Origin: Octopus vulgaris
Lineage: Eukaryota
Direction: 5' to 3'
Length of the DNA stretch: 64,000 bases
Assembly: GCA_951406725.2 (NCBI GenBank)
Contig: OX597832.1
Location: forward strand, 66,774,001 to 66,838,000
Part shown: piece by piece, positions 24,501-36,935 of the stretch
Position numbering within the stretch: the stretch's first letter is position 1
Layout: each line of letters begins with the position of its first letter
Position numbers and translations under genes: made by a program
Notes under the pieces: model-generated
What the model was told of the DNA's origin: nothing
What the model saw: the letters and a program-made list of their open reading frames with translations, nothing else
Database searches by the model: none

Positions 24501-25430
24501 GCTACGCACCTGCAATGTGAGCTGGACAAAATATACAAGTGAGCTGAAAAGAATAGCATGCAGTTCAATGCTGAAAAGTTTCAAGCTTTATGCTATCAGC
24601 ATGCAAAACTAAATGCAATACCCAATAAGTATACTGGACCTGGAGGGATTCCAATCCCAGAGGCACAATTAGTGCGTGACTTGGTTATTTACATGAGTGA
24701 TGATGCAACCTTTCATGTGCATGTTACTAAATTGGCAATGAAATGTAGGCGGCTGACCGGATGGATCCTTAGAACCTTTAGAACGAGGGACCAGGAAACC
24801 ATGATGGTCCTCTGGAGGACACTTGTCCTAAACCACTTTGACTATTGCTCTCAGCTATGGTCACCATCCAGTTTCAAGTTAATCACAGAACTTGAGGCGA
24901 TCCAACGAAGCTACACGAAGAAGATAGCCTCTGTGCAGCACTGGGAAAGACTCAAGAGATTAAGACTCTATTCTTTAGAACGTAGGCGAGAAAGATATGC
25001 CATAATATACATCTGGAAGATCCTAGAAGGACTTGTGCCAAATGTTGGCATCGAGAGTTACACAAATGCTAGACTGGGCGCCACTGCATAGTACCAAGGA
25101 CTCCAAATTTGCCATCAAGAAGTAGGACAAGATACTGTGATAGCCTGAGCTTCAGAGGCCCACAGTTCTTCAATATCCTCCCGAAGAACCTGAGAGACAT
25201 GCGTGGGGTGGATGCAGATGTCTTTAAAATAAAACTGGATCTCTTCATGTCAGGTGTCCCAGATGAACCAACTTCACGGCAGGAGGTGCAGATGAGGGCA
25301 GCTGCATCGAACTCTCTCATGCACCAAATGACAAATTCTAAAAAGCATTCGTGAAGTAAAATCATGTAGCAACACCAAATGGCGGTGCCCCATTATGGCC
25401 ACAGCTCGAGAGCTGAAACTAGAAAAAAAA
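21560..25430 (+). mobile_element. CR1/L2-group LINE, near full length, multiply disrupted
   Basis: ORF1 remnant with a CCCH finger, APE endonuclease and RT motifs, and a structured 3' end followed by an A-rich tail at 25421-25430. Confidence 0.9.
22357..25354 (+). pseudogene. LINE ORF2 (APE endonuclease + reverse transcriptase) with stops and frameshifts
   Basis: Motifs: LLNIRGL, IALTETHL, GGVAIYI, MGDFNLP, LDLCFTN, SDH, NYRPISLTS, QHGFRPGRSCLTQLL, YLDFAKAFDKV, SGVPQGTVLGPLLF, HADDTK, YCSQLWSP, LYSLERRR. Confidence 0.92.
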
Positions 25431-25437
25431 TATATAT

Positions 25438-25804
25438 AGGGCCCTTCCATCGAAAACCGGTGATTGTCGTGCGCTTATGAAGGGTCAATACCCAGAAACT
25501 GCAATCCGTGCGTATCACTTAGTTTGACGAAGGAAGGATGATCTCCCTTTGCAAATATCCATAGGGCACAGAAAGTGTGTCAATAGCCAGCTGGAGAAGA
25601 TGTTCTCCTGGGGCTACAATCTACAGTAACATCCACCTTTAGTGGTTAGCCATATTGAGATTGCAAATATACTTCACATTGTCGTGCAGTTACTGTCTAT
25701 TCCTCGTTCAGAGATTTGTTATTGCTTGTATACACTTTTTCAAGATCAGTGACGAAAAGTCACTGGAAAAAGGATATAAATATTTTCATTAGGACCCTTC
25801 TATC
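25438..25804 (+). mobile_element. 353-bp hammerhead-bearing tandem unit (copy 1 and the start of copy 2)
   Basis: AGG.CCCTTC.ATC at 25438 recurs at 25791. Copy 2 resumes at 27374. A mutated HHR lies at 25469-25511. Confidence 0.75.
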
Positions 25805-27373
25805 TTCGGATTTGCGGTTGTGATTTGAATTTTGTTGATTATTGTTGTTGAAAACTGTTGCGTCGTGTTGAATTGTTAAGCCCAAACTTATGCGGGAGCA
25901 GCAGGCAAAAGCCTGCTTGCGAACGAATTACAGTTAAAAGAAATAATTATCGAGAAAGAAAATCTGAGGAAATATTACGACAGCTTTAAGAAGGAAGGAG
26001 ACTGTCTGAGGGTTACACCACCTGAAGTCGAAGTGAAAAGAGTGGAGAAAAAACCATAACATACAGAACACAGAATGTGGTCTCAAAAAGAATAGACGTA
26101 GAAGAGATAGAAAAATGTCTACAAGAAATAAAAGGAAGAACTACCTTCTGCAATAGAGGTAGAAAATACGCTACGTTCTCTTCGAAAATGGAGATGAAGC
26201 GAAAAGGAATGCAACGACAGTGTTGAGATCGGAAAATGGGTTTTACTCCCTAGTTATTGTGGAAAAAGAGCGGTGAGGATACGAATAAGCAAAATCCCAC
26301 CGGAACTTGATACCGAAAGAATAGTAGCTGCAATAATATACAACTGCAAGGAGGACGTGGACATACTTAAGGTGGAAAAGTTGAATGAAATAAACTGGTG
26401 GGGTTATGCGGTGGAAACCTTAGTCCACAGAACCATGCCAGATTTGTATAACATGCCGGAGGAGTTGGTGTTCCCCGACGAGACACGATTGAGAATCGTG
26501 GTGGAGGGGAGACCTCCAGTGTGTTATAAATGTAAGAGAAGAGGGCACATGAAGGATGTGTGTCCTGAAGGAGAAATACAAGTGAAGAAGATAACACTGG
26601 AGGAAGCCATAAGAGCTTTGACAGAGAATTTAGGAGATAATATGGAAAGTGACGAGGAGTTAGTGAAGGAGAAAGAAGAGGAGAGAACAGAAGAAAAAGA
26701 GGATAGAAAGCAAACACGGGTGGAATCATCACCCAAAGACAAAAAAAAGAAAAAAACTAAAATGAAGTATGCTGACGAGAGAGAGGATCGAACGCACGAA
26801 GGGAGAGATACAGGAACTAAAGTGAGTGAAGGTTCAAGTTGGAAGGAATGGGGAAAAAGATCAGCAAAAGGGGAAGAATGTCTGAAAACATGCAAGGAAG
26901 GAGGAAGACCCAAAGGAAACAATCTCAGAGCTGTAATATTGTACACAAAAGATAAAGAAATTGAGAAAAAAATTAGCAATAACGAAAAATCTAACGAAAG
27001 TGAAATTGAACCCGAGAATATACGATAACCAAATATTGGCTGCAATAGTGGAAAAGAGACGGTAAATAAATTTAAAAAATTGTTTTCAGATACAGCTGTA
27101 ACCATAGTGCATTACGTTCGATATTATAGTTTGCCGGTGCTATAGAGCAAGATGAATTACTCGTTTACATTACGGACGAAAACCCCAGATAGTATAACTA
27201 TAATATAAATGAAACTGCGAGCTTCGGGAGGCTCTTAAGCCATTTCATTTAATTCATTGTTCATAATTCATTTCATTTCATATCATCCTTTTTTATTATA
27301 TGTACCCCATATCCTGTATTGTACTGTTATGTCCCCTTTTCATTCAGGCTATTGTGCCTATAATAAAGAGAAA
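25805..27373 (+). mobile_element. ORF1-only L1/Tx1-like retroposon (HAL1-like) inserted in the 353-bp repeat
   Basis: Gag-like ORF with a CCHC knuckle. No APE or RT motifs follow it. The element ends AATAAAGAGAAA where the interrupted repeat resumes. Confidence 0.65.
26273..27028 (+). CDS. LINE ORF1-like nucleic-acid-binding protein with CX2CX4HX4C zinc knuckle (5' part disrupted)
   Basis: LRIVVEGRPPVCYKCKRRGHMKDVCP followed by a charged low-complexity tail. The upstream continuation is broken by frameshifts. Confidence 0.75.
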   Translation: MRIRISKIPPELDTERIVAAIIYNCKEDVDILKVEKLNEINWWGYAVETLVHRTMPDLYNMPEELVFPDETRLRIVVEGRPPVCYKCKRRGHMKDVCPEGEIQVKKITLEEAIRALTENLGDNMESDEELVKEKEEERTEEKEDRKQTRVESSPKDKKKKKTKMKYADEREDRTHEGRDTGTKVSEGSSWKEWGKRSAKGEECLKTCKEGGRPKGNNLRAVILYTKDKEIEKKISNNEKSNESEIEPENIR

Positions 27374-27645
27374 GGTGATTTCGTGCGCTGATGACGGGTC
27401 AATACCCAGAAATTGCAGTCCGTGCGTATCTCTTAGGTTAACGAGAGAAGGATGACCTCCCTTTGCAAATACCGATAGGGCACAGAAAGTGTGTCAAGAG
27501 CCAGCTGGAGAATATGTTCTCCTGGGGCGACAAGCTACAGTAACATCCACCCATAGTGGTTAGCCATATTGAGATGGCTAATATACTTCACATTGTCGTG
27601 CAGTTACTGTCTATACCTCGTTCACATATTTGTTATTGCGTATAT
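27374..27645 (+). mobile_element. Remainder of copy 2 of the 353-bp hammerhead-bearing unit
   Basis: Colinear and highly similar to 25459-25730. Confidence 0.8.
27383..27425 (+). ncRNA. Type-I hammerhead ribozyme motif
   Basis: GTGCG-CTGATGA-C GGGT caat ACCC A-GAAAT TGCA GT C-CGTGC. Sister copies read GAAACTGCA. Confidence 0.68.
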
Positions 27646-27652
27646 GTATATA

Positions 27653-27770
27653 AAAGAGTCTTTTACGTTTCGAGCCTACGCTCCTCTACAGAAAGGGGCA
27701 CAGAAAAAACAAGGAGAGAAAAAATTATGTGTAGTGGCTAACGATCTAACATGGCGACTGACGTCGGACA

Positions 27771-27813
<43 letters not shown>

Positions 27814-28014
27814 TATTCTGTCCGACGTCAGTCGCCATGATAGATCGTTAGCCACTACACAATTTTTTCTCTCCTTGTTTTGTCTGTGCCCCTTTCTGTA
27901 GAGGAGCGTAGGCTCGAAACGTAAAAGACTCTTTCTAATCCTTAGCGTTATACTAATACATATGTTTGTTTTGTACACCACCTGTCTTCGTCTTTTGTTT
28001 TTTTCGTAAACCCT

Positions 28015-28017
<3 letters not shown>
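27653..28017. mobile_element. Inverted pair of hammerhead-like short elements around a (TA)n spacer
   Basis: 27653-27780 is nearly the reverse complement of 27811-27933. Each arm carries CTGTAGA-G-GAGC gtag GCTC-GAAACGT. Confidence 0.8.
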
Positions 28018-28072
<55 letters not shown>

Positions 28073-28113
28073 ACACACACAGATATATATATATATATAT
28101 ATATATATACTGT

Positions 28114-28354
28114 TGTGTCTGGGGAGAGTCATTTTCTTTTTGAGCCTTATATTTTAACACACTCACCGGTAAAATTTCCACTTATTTCTTATTTTTATTT
28201 TCCTAAAATTTTTGTTGTATCTTGCAAACTTTTCAATAATCTTGACTACTGAAAAAATATGTAGGAAAATTAGAATAAGAAATAAGTGGAATTTTTACCG
28301 GTGAGTGTGTTAAATTATAAGGCACAAAAAGAAAATGACTCTCCCCTGACACAA
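28114..28354. mobile_element. MITE-like foldback with ~100-bp terminal inverted repeats
   Basis: TTGTGTCTGGGGAGAGTCATTTTCTTTTTG..ACACACTCACCGGTAAAA / TTTTACCGGTGAGTGTGT..CAAAAAGAAAATGACTCTCCCCTGACACAA, in a TA-rich context. Confidence 0.75.
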
Positions 28355-29546
28355 TATAATATGCTTCAACACAGGAACTCACATAAAGAATGTTAGAAAC
28401 TAAATCTATAAACAATATATATATATATATATATATATAATTTGTAAGGGGTATGACAAACATTAAGGCAAGATAAACATCTCAGACCATGTGGCTGCAA
28501 AACAAACTTTTTATCACAGCGTCACGCCTATAAGGTTTCTTTTCTTTTTGGCTTAAATTGGTTTTCACACGTTGTCAAATAGTTACTGAATAATTTTCCG
28601 TCTATTTCTTTCATGAAATACTTAACTGTTGAAGCAACTGAAGAGTTGTGTTAAAAAAATCAAGAATGAGCATTTATTAACAACTCTCAAAAAATCCCAT
28701 CCCACTGAAGAGAACGCTTTCTTTTTCGTTCATTAAAATGGAGGACTATTTGAATGGAATTTTTCCTCGTGCTTTTTGGAAATAAAACACCTTTCAGAAT
28801 TTAATTAAATTTGTTTTCATAATGTTTCACTAATAAAATAATGATAAACGGGGCAATTGATGCGTCCGTGTATCTATGGCACAGACAAGACCCAGCAGGG
28901 TATTGAACCATATTCAATTCGACTCTTTCTACTCATGTCTATTACCGACATGCAATTTTGTCATCAGGATGTCAGATGTTTAGTAACTTTCGTGCAGTAA
29001 TAGATTGGCTTTCATTATCTATTTATTTTATTTTGTAGCGATACTTTGTTGCGGTGTTACGAATTAGATTCTTGCTTTAAAAATACATGTTATTTTCTCA
29101 ACTCATATATTCTGGTGTAAATTTCAATAATGTAGATTGAACTGTACACAAAATGTCACCAGACAGAAATAAATAAACACACAAACATATACGCATACAT
29201 ATACACGCACACAAAAGCAGACGCACACACGCACACACACACACACACGCACATCCTTGTTTGCAATGCACAATTTATATTTCTACATATTTGTGGTCAT
29301 TCACATTTGCTTGTCTCTCTTAGAGAATATTTAACTTATCTATGCTAAGTTGCACACATACACTCCAAGATATATACCTGTACACACACACATATGTATA
29401 TATGTGTATATATGTAGGAGAGTTTATGAAAAAAACTAGTTACCTGTCATTAAATGTAGACAGACAGGTAAATAGATAGGTAGATGGATAGATAGATTGA
29501 TAGATTGATAGACAGATAGATAGATAGGTAGATAGATAGATAGACT

Positions 29547-29583
<37 letters not shown>

Positions 29584-30174
29584 TAAAGCAGAGAAATCGT
29601 ATGACTCTACTGGATCGTTGAAGTGGCGGTGGAATCATAAGTGCGCTGCCACAACACTCGGCCGTCATTGTGCATGTATTAATATTGGCAGTGCTCATTG
29701 CATTCCATTATTAATCATAGCAGATTTCTTCACGAAGAGTTACATCAACAGAAAGATATTAAAATGAAAGGAAGTAACAATAGAAGTGGTTCGTATTAGT
29801 CACCTATGGAACTAACAAAAAAAAAAAGATAAAGAAAAGTGGAAGAAGGAGGCAGAGAGTTTCACGGGAAAGACAAAGTGAGAGAAGAAGAGAGAGAGAG
29901 TAAGTGACTACGTTAAAAAAAATAAAATGCAAAATGTTTTTTTTTTTTTTTTTTTGAAAGGCACACTATATTTTATAATCATGGTATATAGACGTTCTCA
30001 CACAACAATTACAATATATTTATTTTAACTCATTTATTTACTTTAAATCGTTCATCTTTCTCCCCCCTCTCTCTCTCTCTCATACACATTACTTTAGGTG
30101 CGAAAGAGTCTTTTTTTTATTTTACGCCGAGTAAAAAAGGGTTTTGTTGACAATCCATTTATTTAACGTAAAGT

Positions 30175-30349
30175 ATACTAGCCATCTTAATATGGCTAAC
30201 CACTAGGGGTGAGGGGTGTTACTGTAGCTTTTTAGCCCCAGGAGATCATCGTCTCCAGCTGGCTTTAGACACAATCCTGTGCCCTTTAATGATATTCGCA
30301 AAGGGAGGTCATACCCTCTCGTAAACCTAAGTGATACGCATGGACTGCA
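30175..30349 (-). mobile_element. Diverged partial copy of the 353-bp unit family
   Basis: The reverse complement matches 27414-27582 (TGCAGTCC.TGCGTATCACTTAGG..GCCAGCTGGAGA..GCTACAGTAACA..GTGGTTAGCCATATT). Confidence 0.7.
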
Positions 30350-30694
30350 CTTTATTTAACATCTATTTAACAACAAAGAAACAAAGAGGTGAGTAACAAT
30401 TTGTCAGTGAATTACACAATATAAATGGGTACAATTTGCGAGGCTTCCACAAACCCCACTCGTTTCACGGACCACAAAAAGAGTTTTCAGGACAGAGTAG
30501 TTGATTCCATGCAAAAAAAAAATACGATTTTTTTTCTTAGTGAAAGTTGTGCGAGTGTTAATCTACAAATTTAACAACAATTTTTCCATTCATTTCTGTT
30601 TATGAACATGTATGCGTGCACAAAACATGCAATAGGTGTACGTACGTACGTGTGTGTATGTGTGTTCGTGTCTGTTGCCCATATATATTTATAT

Positions 30695-30727
<33 letters not shown>

Positions 30728-30744
30728 ACATATATAATACATAG

Positions 30745-30945
30745 TTAATCCAAACATGAAAATACAAAGAGAAAACACAACAACGCAAGGACGTGGAACA
30801 AATATAGTATTATTGGACGCTCAGAAAGGAAGGAAAGAAGGAGGGCTTAACGTTCGAGCGGAGCTCTTCGTCAGAAACATAGGAAAAGGAAAGATCCAGT
30901 GAAGGGAAGAAGGAGGAAAAAAATCGCTAACGGTATACACGCGAT
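30745..30945 (-). mobile_element. Short element with degenerate hammerhead motif at ~30848-30876
   Basis: Minus strand: CTGACGA-A-GAGC tcc GCTC-GAACGTT (one A of GAAA is missing). Confidence 0.5.
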
Positions 30946-31099
30946 AACCCGGCGTCGTGGGGGTCATAGTGCTAGTGCATGCATATATGTGTATATATAT
31001 GTGTACATATTACATGTACATCTATATATATATATATCTACACATAAAATACCAAATACAAAGTTATATCTTGATATCGCTAGTGATAACAATACTCAA

Positions 31100-31620
31100 A
31101 ATATATAACAGACCGGAATTGTAGGCCCGTCTCTTGTAATTTCGATCAATTGAATCGTGTCCTCCCTCTTGTATAGAAGTGTGGCTACAATCCAGCCTAC
31201 CTCTACTTTTGGGGGGACAATTTTAAGTTTTATCCGAGACGTCCTACGTCCCAGATATAAAGGTAAAAATAAAATAGTTCCACTTTGCAAGGTTCGAGTC
31301 GAGTACTGCCTTGCACGCTCCGTTGACTCGAATTTTGCTTCTATTGTGGCGAATTTACAGCCTCTGGTTAGATACTTGATATCTTACATAGTAACACCAA
31401 GACACGTTTCGATGGTGCTTTCCTCCAGGTGTTCAAATCCTTTTTTCTTTACATTGTATACTTTATAGACAATAGTTTTTTCTTTAATTTTATTTTTTAT
31501 TTCGTTTAGTTGTGTTATCCTAGATTCACCGTCTTTGTCGGTGAACCAAAAATCAGTATGCAGTCGAATCTATAGCCCTTTATGTATAAGAAATAAACCA
31601 ACAGCAGTACTCAGTAGAAG
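31100..31620 (-). pseudogene. Diverged LINE ORF1 fragment homologous to the 25805-27373 element
   Basis: FLPLYLGRRTSRIKLKIVPPKVEVGWIVATLLY aligns by eye with LLPSYCGKRAVRIRISKIPPELDTERIVAAIIY. TRGCKFAT aligns with NRGRKYAT. Confidence 0.6.
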
Positions 31621-31814
31621 CGGCTGTTCGAGAAAATAGACATTACATACAACTAAACTTCATATAGATACTTAATGCTAGCTTATTAGCAGCAATAGAT
31701 TTTAATTATTACATACTACATATAATTCAATTGTTATTATTATCTCTAATTTTTATTGTTGTGAAAGTATCTGACATAAAATAGAGAAATGTTTTTGCTT
31801 CACTTTTAACACGT

Positions 31815-32168
31815 AATACTGAAATAGTGGAGAAGATATGATTTTGCTACGGGCTCGCCCTAGGCAAGAAGTTGAACATTTTTTCCCATGAAACGTCATG
31901 GACCCTAAGTAAGGCATGTGTAAAATTTGAATGAAATTGGTTGTGTAGTTCTCAAGTTTTAGGGAATCATAGTGGTGAAGATATGATATTGTTGTGGGCT
32001 CGCCCTAGGCAAAAAGTTAAAAATTAATTTTTGCGGATGACTCTCCCCGGACTCTAAGTACGGCATGTGTAAAAGTTGAATGAAATTTGTTGTGTAGTTC
32101 TCAAGTTTTAGGGAAACGCACAGACAGACAGACACACACACATTCTCAATTTTATATATATAGAGAGA
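31815..32168 (-). mobile_element. Non-autonomous Helitron-like 5' portion with ~140-bp internal tandem duplication
   Basis: The minus strand begins TCTCTCTATATATATAAAA..GTGTGTCTGTCTG. ATAGTGG.GAAGATATGAT..GGGCTCGCCCTAGGCAA..GTAGTTCTCAAGTTTTAGGGAA is present twice. Confidence 0.6.
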
Positions 32169-32772
32169 TTATATATTATATATATATATATAACGTACTT
32201 CTAAAAGTGCTTTGGTTATGAATATAAGATTTCTTTTCATAAATTTTCTCAAGAAACATTTTTGGCATTCTGAATTCTAGAATAACACTACATGTCCGAG
32301 CAATAATAGAATCCATTCTTTGAAAATACCAAGAATATGTTTAAACAATGTATTTGAAAATGAAAAGTTGACTTCGTCCTTGCTTGTTTTCACCCATCAT
32401 TTATTGCAGCTTTAAGATATTTTCTCTAGAGTTCAGCTAATAAATCCGGCGTGTTATTGATTTGATTTCAAACCTGAGTTATGCAGAAATTGAGTGCTTT
32501 ATTTATACAGCAACTATTGCCTTCATGCATATCTTATAAGAAGACACAATTATCGGAAGTTTCTTCTCAACTGAATATTAATGTTGAAGTAGATACCATT
32601 CAAATCACATATGTGACAATTACATGGATATTATGTGCTTAAATTAATCTGAAACGCATTTAGGGCAACTTTAATGGTTTGATAGATAAGATACCAATAT
32701 GAATTGAAGGATACTTGCGAAGTAGCAACTTATTTAAAAATGCAGCATAATACGTTTACATATATCTGTGAG

Positions 32773-32837
<65 letters not shown>

Positions 32838-33505
32838 CCGTGAATGTATATATGTATATATGTTTGTGTGTATGTATACTTGTGTTAAAGAATTGTATAT
32901 GACACTTAAATCATATATACGGTTGAAAGCTTTCTAAAAATCTGTGTAAACGATGAGGATAACTCATCTCCTACAAACATTTGTAAAATTCCAGAAATAT
33001 ATAAGGAGCGACTGCATATCGACTAGAAGTGGCGGTGACATAATAAAACACAAATTTCATTATATTTCGTTTTTTTTTTTTTTTCTTAGATTCATCAGTT
33101 GCAAATATCTACACACAACGAAAGCTAAGCCGCAAAATACTGTTGGTTGACATATATACACAAAAACTGGAAGATCAATGGCATTTAGAAGGCAGTTTAA
33201 ATGACATTCCGTTCTTAGCTGCTGAACAACTATTATTGTAAGTTAGCTATCTGTATACCATAATTGGAGCATTTATGCTGTCGAACGCATTGTGATTTGG
33301 GTCATCTATGCGTCTATAATAAAAAAGCATTCTACATAAACGTACAGTGTTAAAAACAAAGAAATATAGGAGGGAAATACGAAAATGACCAGCAGCGCAT
33401 TTGGTATCGATAAAATGAATGAATTTGTTGACACACATATATAAACATCTAGACATATATATATACACACATATATATGCATGTATGTATATATACGCAT
33501 GTATG

Positions 33506-33624
<119 letters not shown>

Positions 33625-33719
33625 TCTTCTTGTTTTTGCAACTGTCTGATAATACAGGCATAGACTTGCACAAATGCATCAATAAATTAACATTGATATT
33701 TTTTCACCATTATTACAAT

Positions 33720-34560
33720 CATGTGATACAAAACTTCCGAATCGTGATATACGAGCAATTTTGCTATTCGACTTCGAAAAAGGACTTAAAGAATGAACCT
33801 GCTTGCGATATCAACGAAAGCTGACGTGAGTGGTCAGCTTGAAAATAGCTTTCAAGTTTTCGCAATGCAAATCTGAGCCTTGAAGTTGATGAGCGTAGTG
33901 GATAGCCATGTGTCAACGATGACGATCAATTAAAGACAGTCATTGATAAAGAGCAACATAAAACCACTCGAGAACTGGCAAAATAACTTCTAGTTAGCCG
34001 GAAAACTGCCTGAAACAAGCTGCTTGCGATCGGAAAATAAAAAAAGCTCGACAAATGTGTTGACACCATTTGAATGAAAAGCAGAAAATACGTAGATATG
34101 AAATTTGCTCAACATTTCTTCATTGTATCCTGATCAATCCGTTTCTCGACCGCATTTTAACTCGCGAAGTAGAGTGGATTCCCTACAATGATTAAAAATA
34201 CCTTCTTCGTGGTTGTTTGATCAAAATGAAGCACCAAAAACATTCCCTAAACCCGAGCACTTCAAAAAGAATGTTATAATGACTTTTTGGTGGTGTACTA
34301 CTGGACACATCCACTATAAGTTATTAAAATCCGGAAAAACCATTACTACAGAAACATATTGCTATGAAATAGACAAGATGAACGGGAAAACTGCTACTCC
34401 TCCGTCAGCAGAAGAGGGCCAATCATTCTTCATGACAATGCTCGACAACACGTTTCAATAATGACGCTGCAGATGTTGAGGGAACTTGGCTACAAAGTTC
34501 TTCCTCATTCAGATCTTTCTCCTACCGACTTCCATGTCATCGAGCATCTCAATGGTTACA
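33720..34560 (+). pseudogene. Mariner transposase relic
   Basis: [55 protein letters not shown] and SDLSPTDFH (an YSPDLAP-like motif). Many stops. Confidence 0.85.
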
Positions 34561-35237
34561 CTTTAATATATACAATACCGAAGATATAATCTGGGAAGGT
34601 TTTTAAAACATGCCAAGTATCCCGAAGTAATCTCCAGAGCCTAGAGGTCATGTGCCCAGGGCCTGAAACTTACTTGCAAATACTGTGCGTATTTTATAAA
34701 CGGCTTAGATTATATTTTTTTGGTGACTTATTACTATACACTCTCTGTTTGAAACAATAGTATACATTACAATCAAATATATATGTATTCATATATATGT
34801 ATACGCATAACATATGTTTTTAGACATACGCACTCACAGACATAAACACATCCAATTATGAATATATATGAGTATATCTATGAGCAAATGTCAAAATAAA
34901 ATAAAGCACTGAGCATAATCGAGCATCCGTGCTATTAAACTGTTATTTAATTCCTTCATAACTTCATAATCAACATAATGAAATTTAATATAATATTCAT
35001 GAGAAATTTGTTAGAAGTAAACACAATCCAAATGAAATATATGCACAAATGAAGTCTTGTATAGTTTGGATTATCATTTACTGGTCGTTCCGTCCTATGC
35101 TTCGGCAAAGTGTTATTAATGTTGATAATGGCGTATAGGAATATTTATCTCTGTCAATATTTATACGACAAATATTTATCTAAATATTACATAGGGATGT
35201 ATATTAAATATAATGTAATATACTATGATATATATAC

Positions 35238-35317
<80 letters not shown>

Positions 35318-35974
35318 CTGTATATATATATATATATTAATATATATATATATACATACATATATATATATATAAATGTGTGTGTAGATATATATATATG
35401 TGTGTGTTTATATATACATGCATACATACATACACACACACACATATGTATACATATATGAATCTGTAGGCATGATAATGTGAGTGTGTGTTTGTCTATG
35501 TGTCTATGAGAATGTATGTATACGCACACTAAGGTACACCACACGCACACACACACACACACTCACACACACATGCGAATGGACAAACGAGCACAAACTC
35601 ATGTGCGCATGTTTCTCTGCATGTAATAGATGAGTTTATTTTTAAATATACACACTTGTCTCCTATATTGTTGCTGCAGTTCTATCTAATAATTACGTCA
35701 AGTCCCATGTGTGTGCAGAAACTCCACCAATTACACTTTAATTTAAAGGCAAGTAATTCATTTGGTCGAACAACAGCTATGTATACGTGCCTGGTTCTGT
35801 GCGTGTGCGAGTGCTTGTGTGTGTGTATGTGTATGTATGTGTTTTTGTGCATGTGTGTGTGCATGTGTGGTATTATAACTAAAGCTGAGGTTACAGGCAA
35901 CTCGATTTTCATGACGGTTCGATCATCAGGCAAGCTAACATGACTAGGTGTCGGTAATGTATATATATATATAC

Positions 35975-36040
<66 letters not shown>

Positions 36041-36189
36041 ATATATATATATATATCTGTTGGTTGACCTATATGCATTGGTACTCGTATTATTTCGTTG
36101 GTTGTATAGTCTATCTGTGGTTTAGTGTTTATAGTTCATTCGATTTTAGTTGGGACTGTTATCAATCGTAAGTTTATAAGAAATCGGTA

Positions 36190-36370
36190 GTTTTGGCGGA
36201 GTTAGCACGCCGTGAAAAATGCTTAGTGGCATTTTGTTCGTCAACATATTCTGAAATCAAATTTCGCCGAGTTCGACTTTGAATTTCATCCGTTAGGAGT
36301 CGATTGAATGAGTACCAGTTACGCACTGCGGCCGATGGAATCGACTTAATCCCTTCCCTCATATGTCATT
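36190..36370 (+). mobile_element. SINE copy (dominant family, diverged)
   Basis: GTTAGCACGCCG..AAATTTCGCCGAGTTCGACTTTG..GAGTACCAGTTACGCACTG. Confidence 0.7.
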
Positions 36371-36384
36371 CCTTGCCGTAGAAG

Positions 36385-36558
<174 letters not shown>

Positions 36559-36935
36559 TCAATTGAAAAGGAAATTGGGAGTGGACAGGGAAGTGCTCTC
36601 CTCAAGTGTGTTTATTGAAAGATGGGTGGAAGTTGAGAAAATGGCAATTGTGGATGGTGCCTCTATATAAGTGTAGACCTGTGAGTCGGAGAGAAGGATT
36701 TGGAGACGGCACATTAATAACGGTCATTTACATAGTGATTTCCCTTTGCTTAACAGTCATTTCCATAGTAATTTTTATTTGTCTTAATAACTGATAACAT
36801 GCCGGAGCAGATTGCCGCTCGGAGTTTTATTATGGCAACCGAATAATTGTCACATATTATATTATATTGTATTATATTATAATATATTATATTTTATTAT
36901 ATTATATAGTATTTTATTATGTATATTTTATTATA

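Noticed and set aside
26524-27105. 193-aa minus-strand ORF
   Set aside because: Antisense shadow of the purine-rich ORF1.
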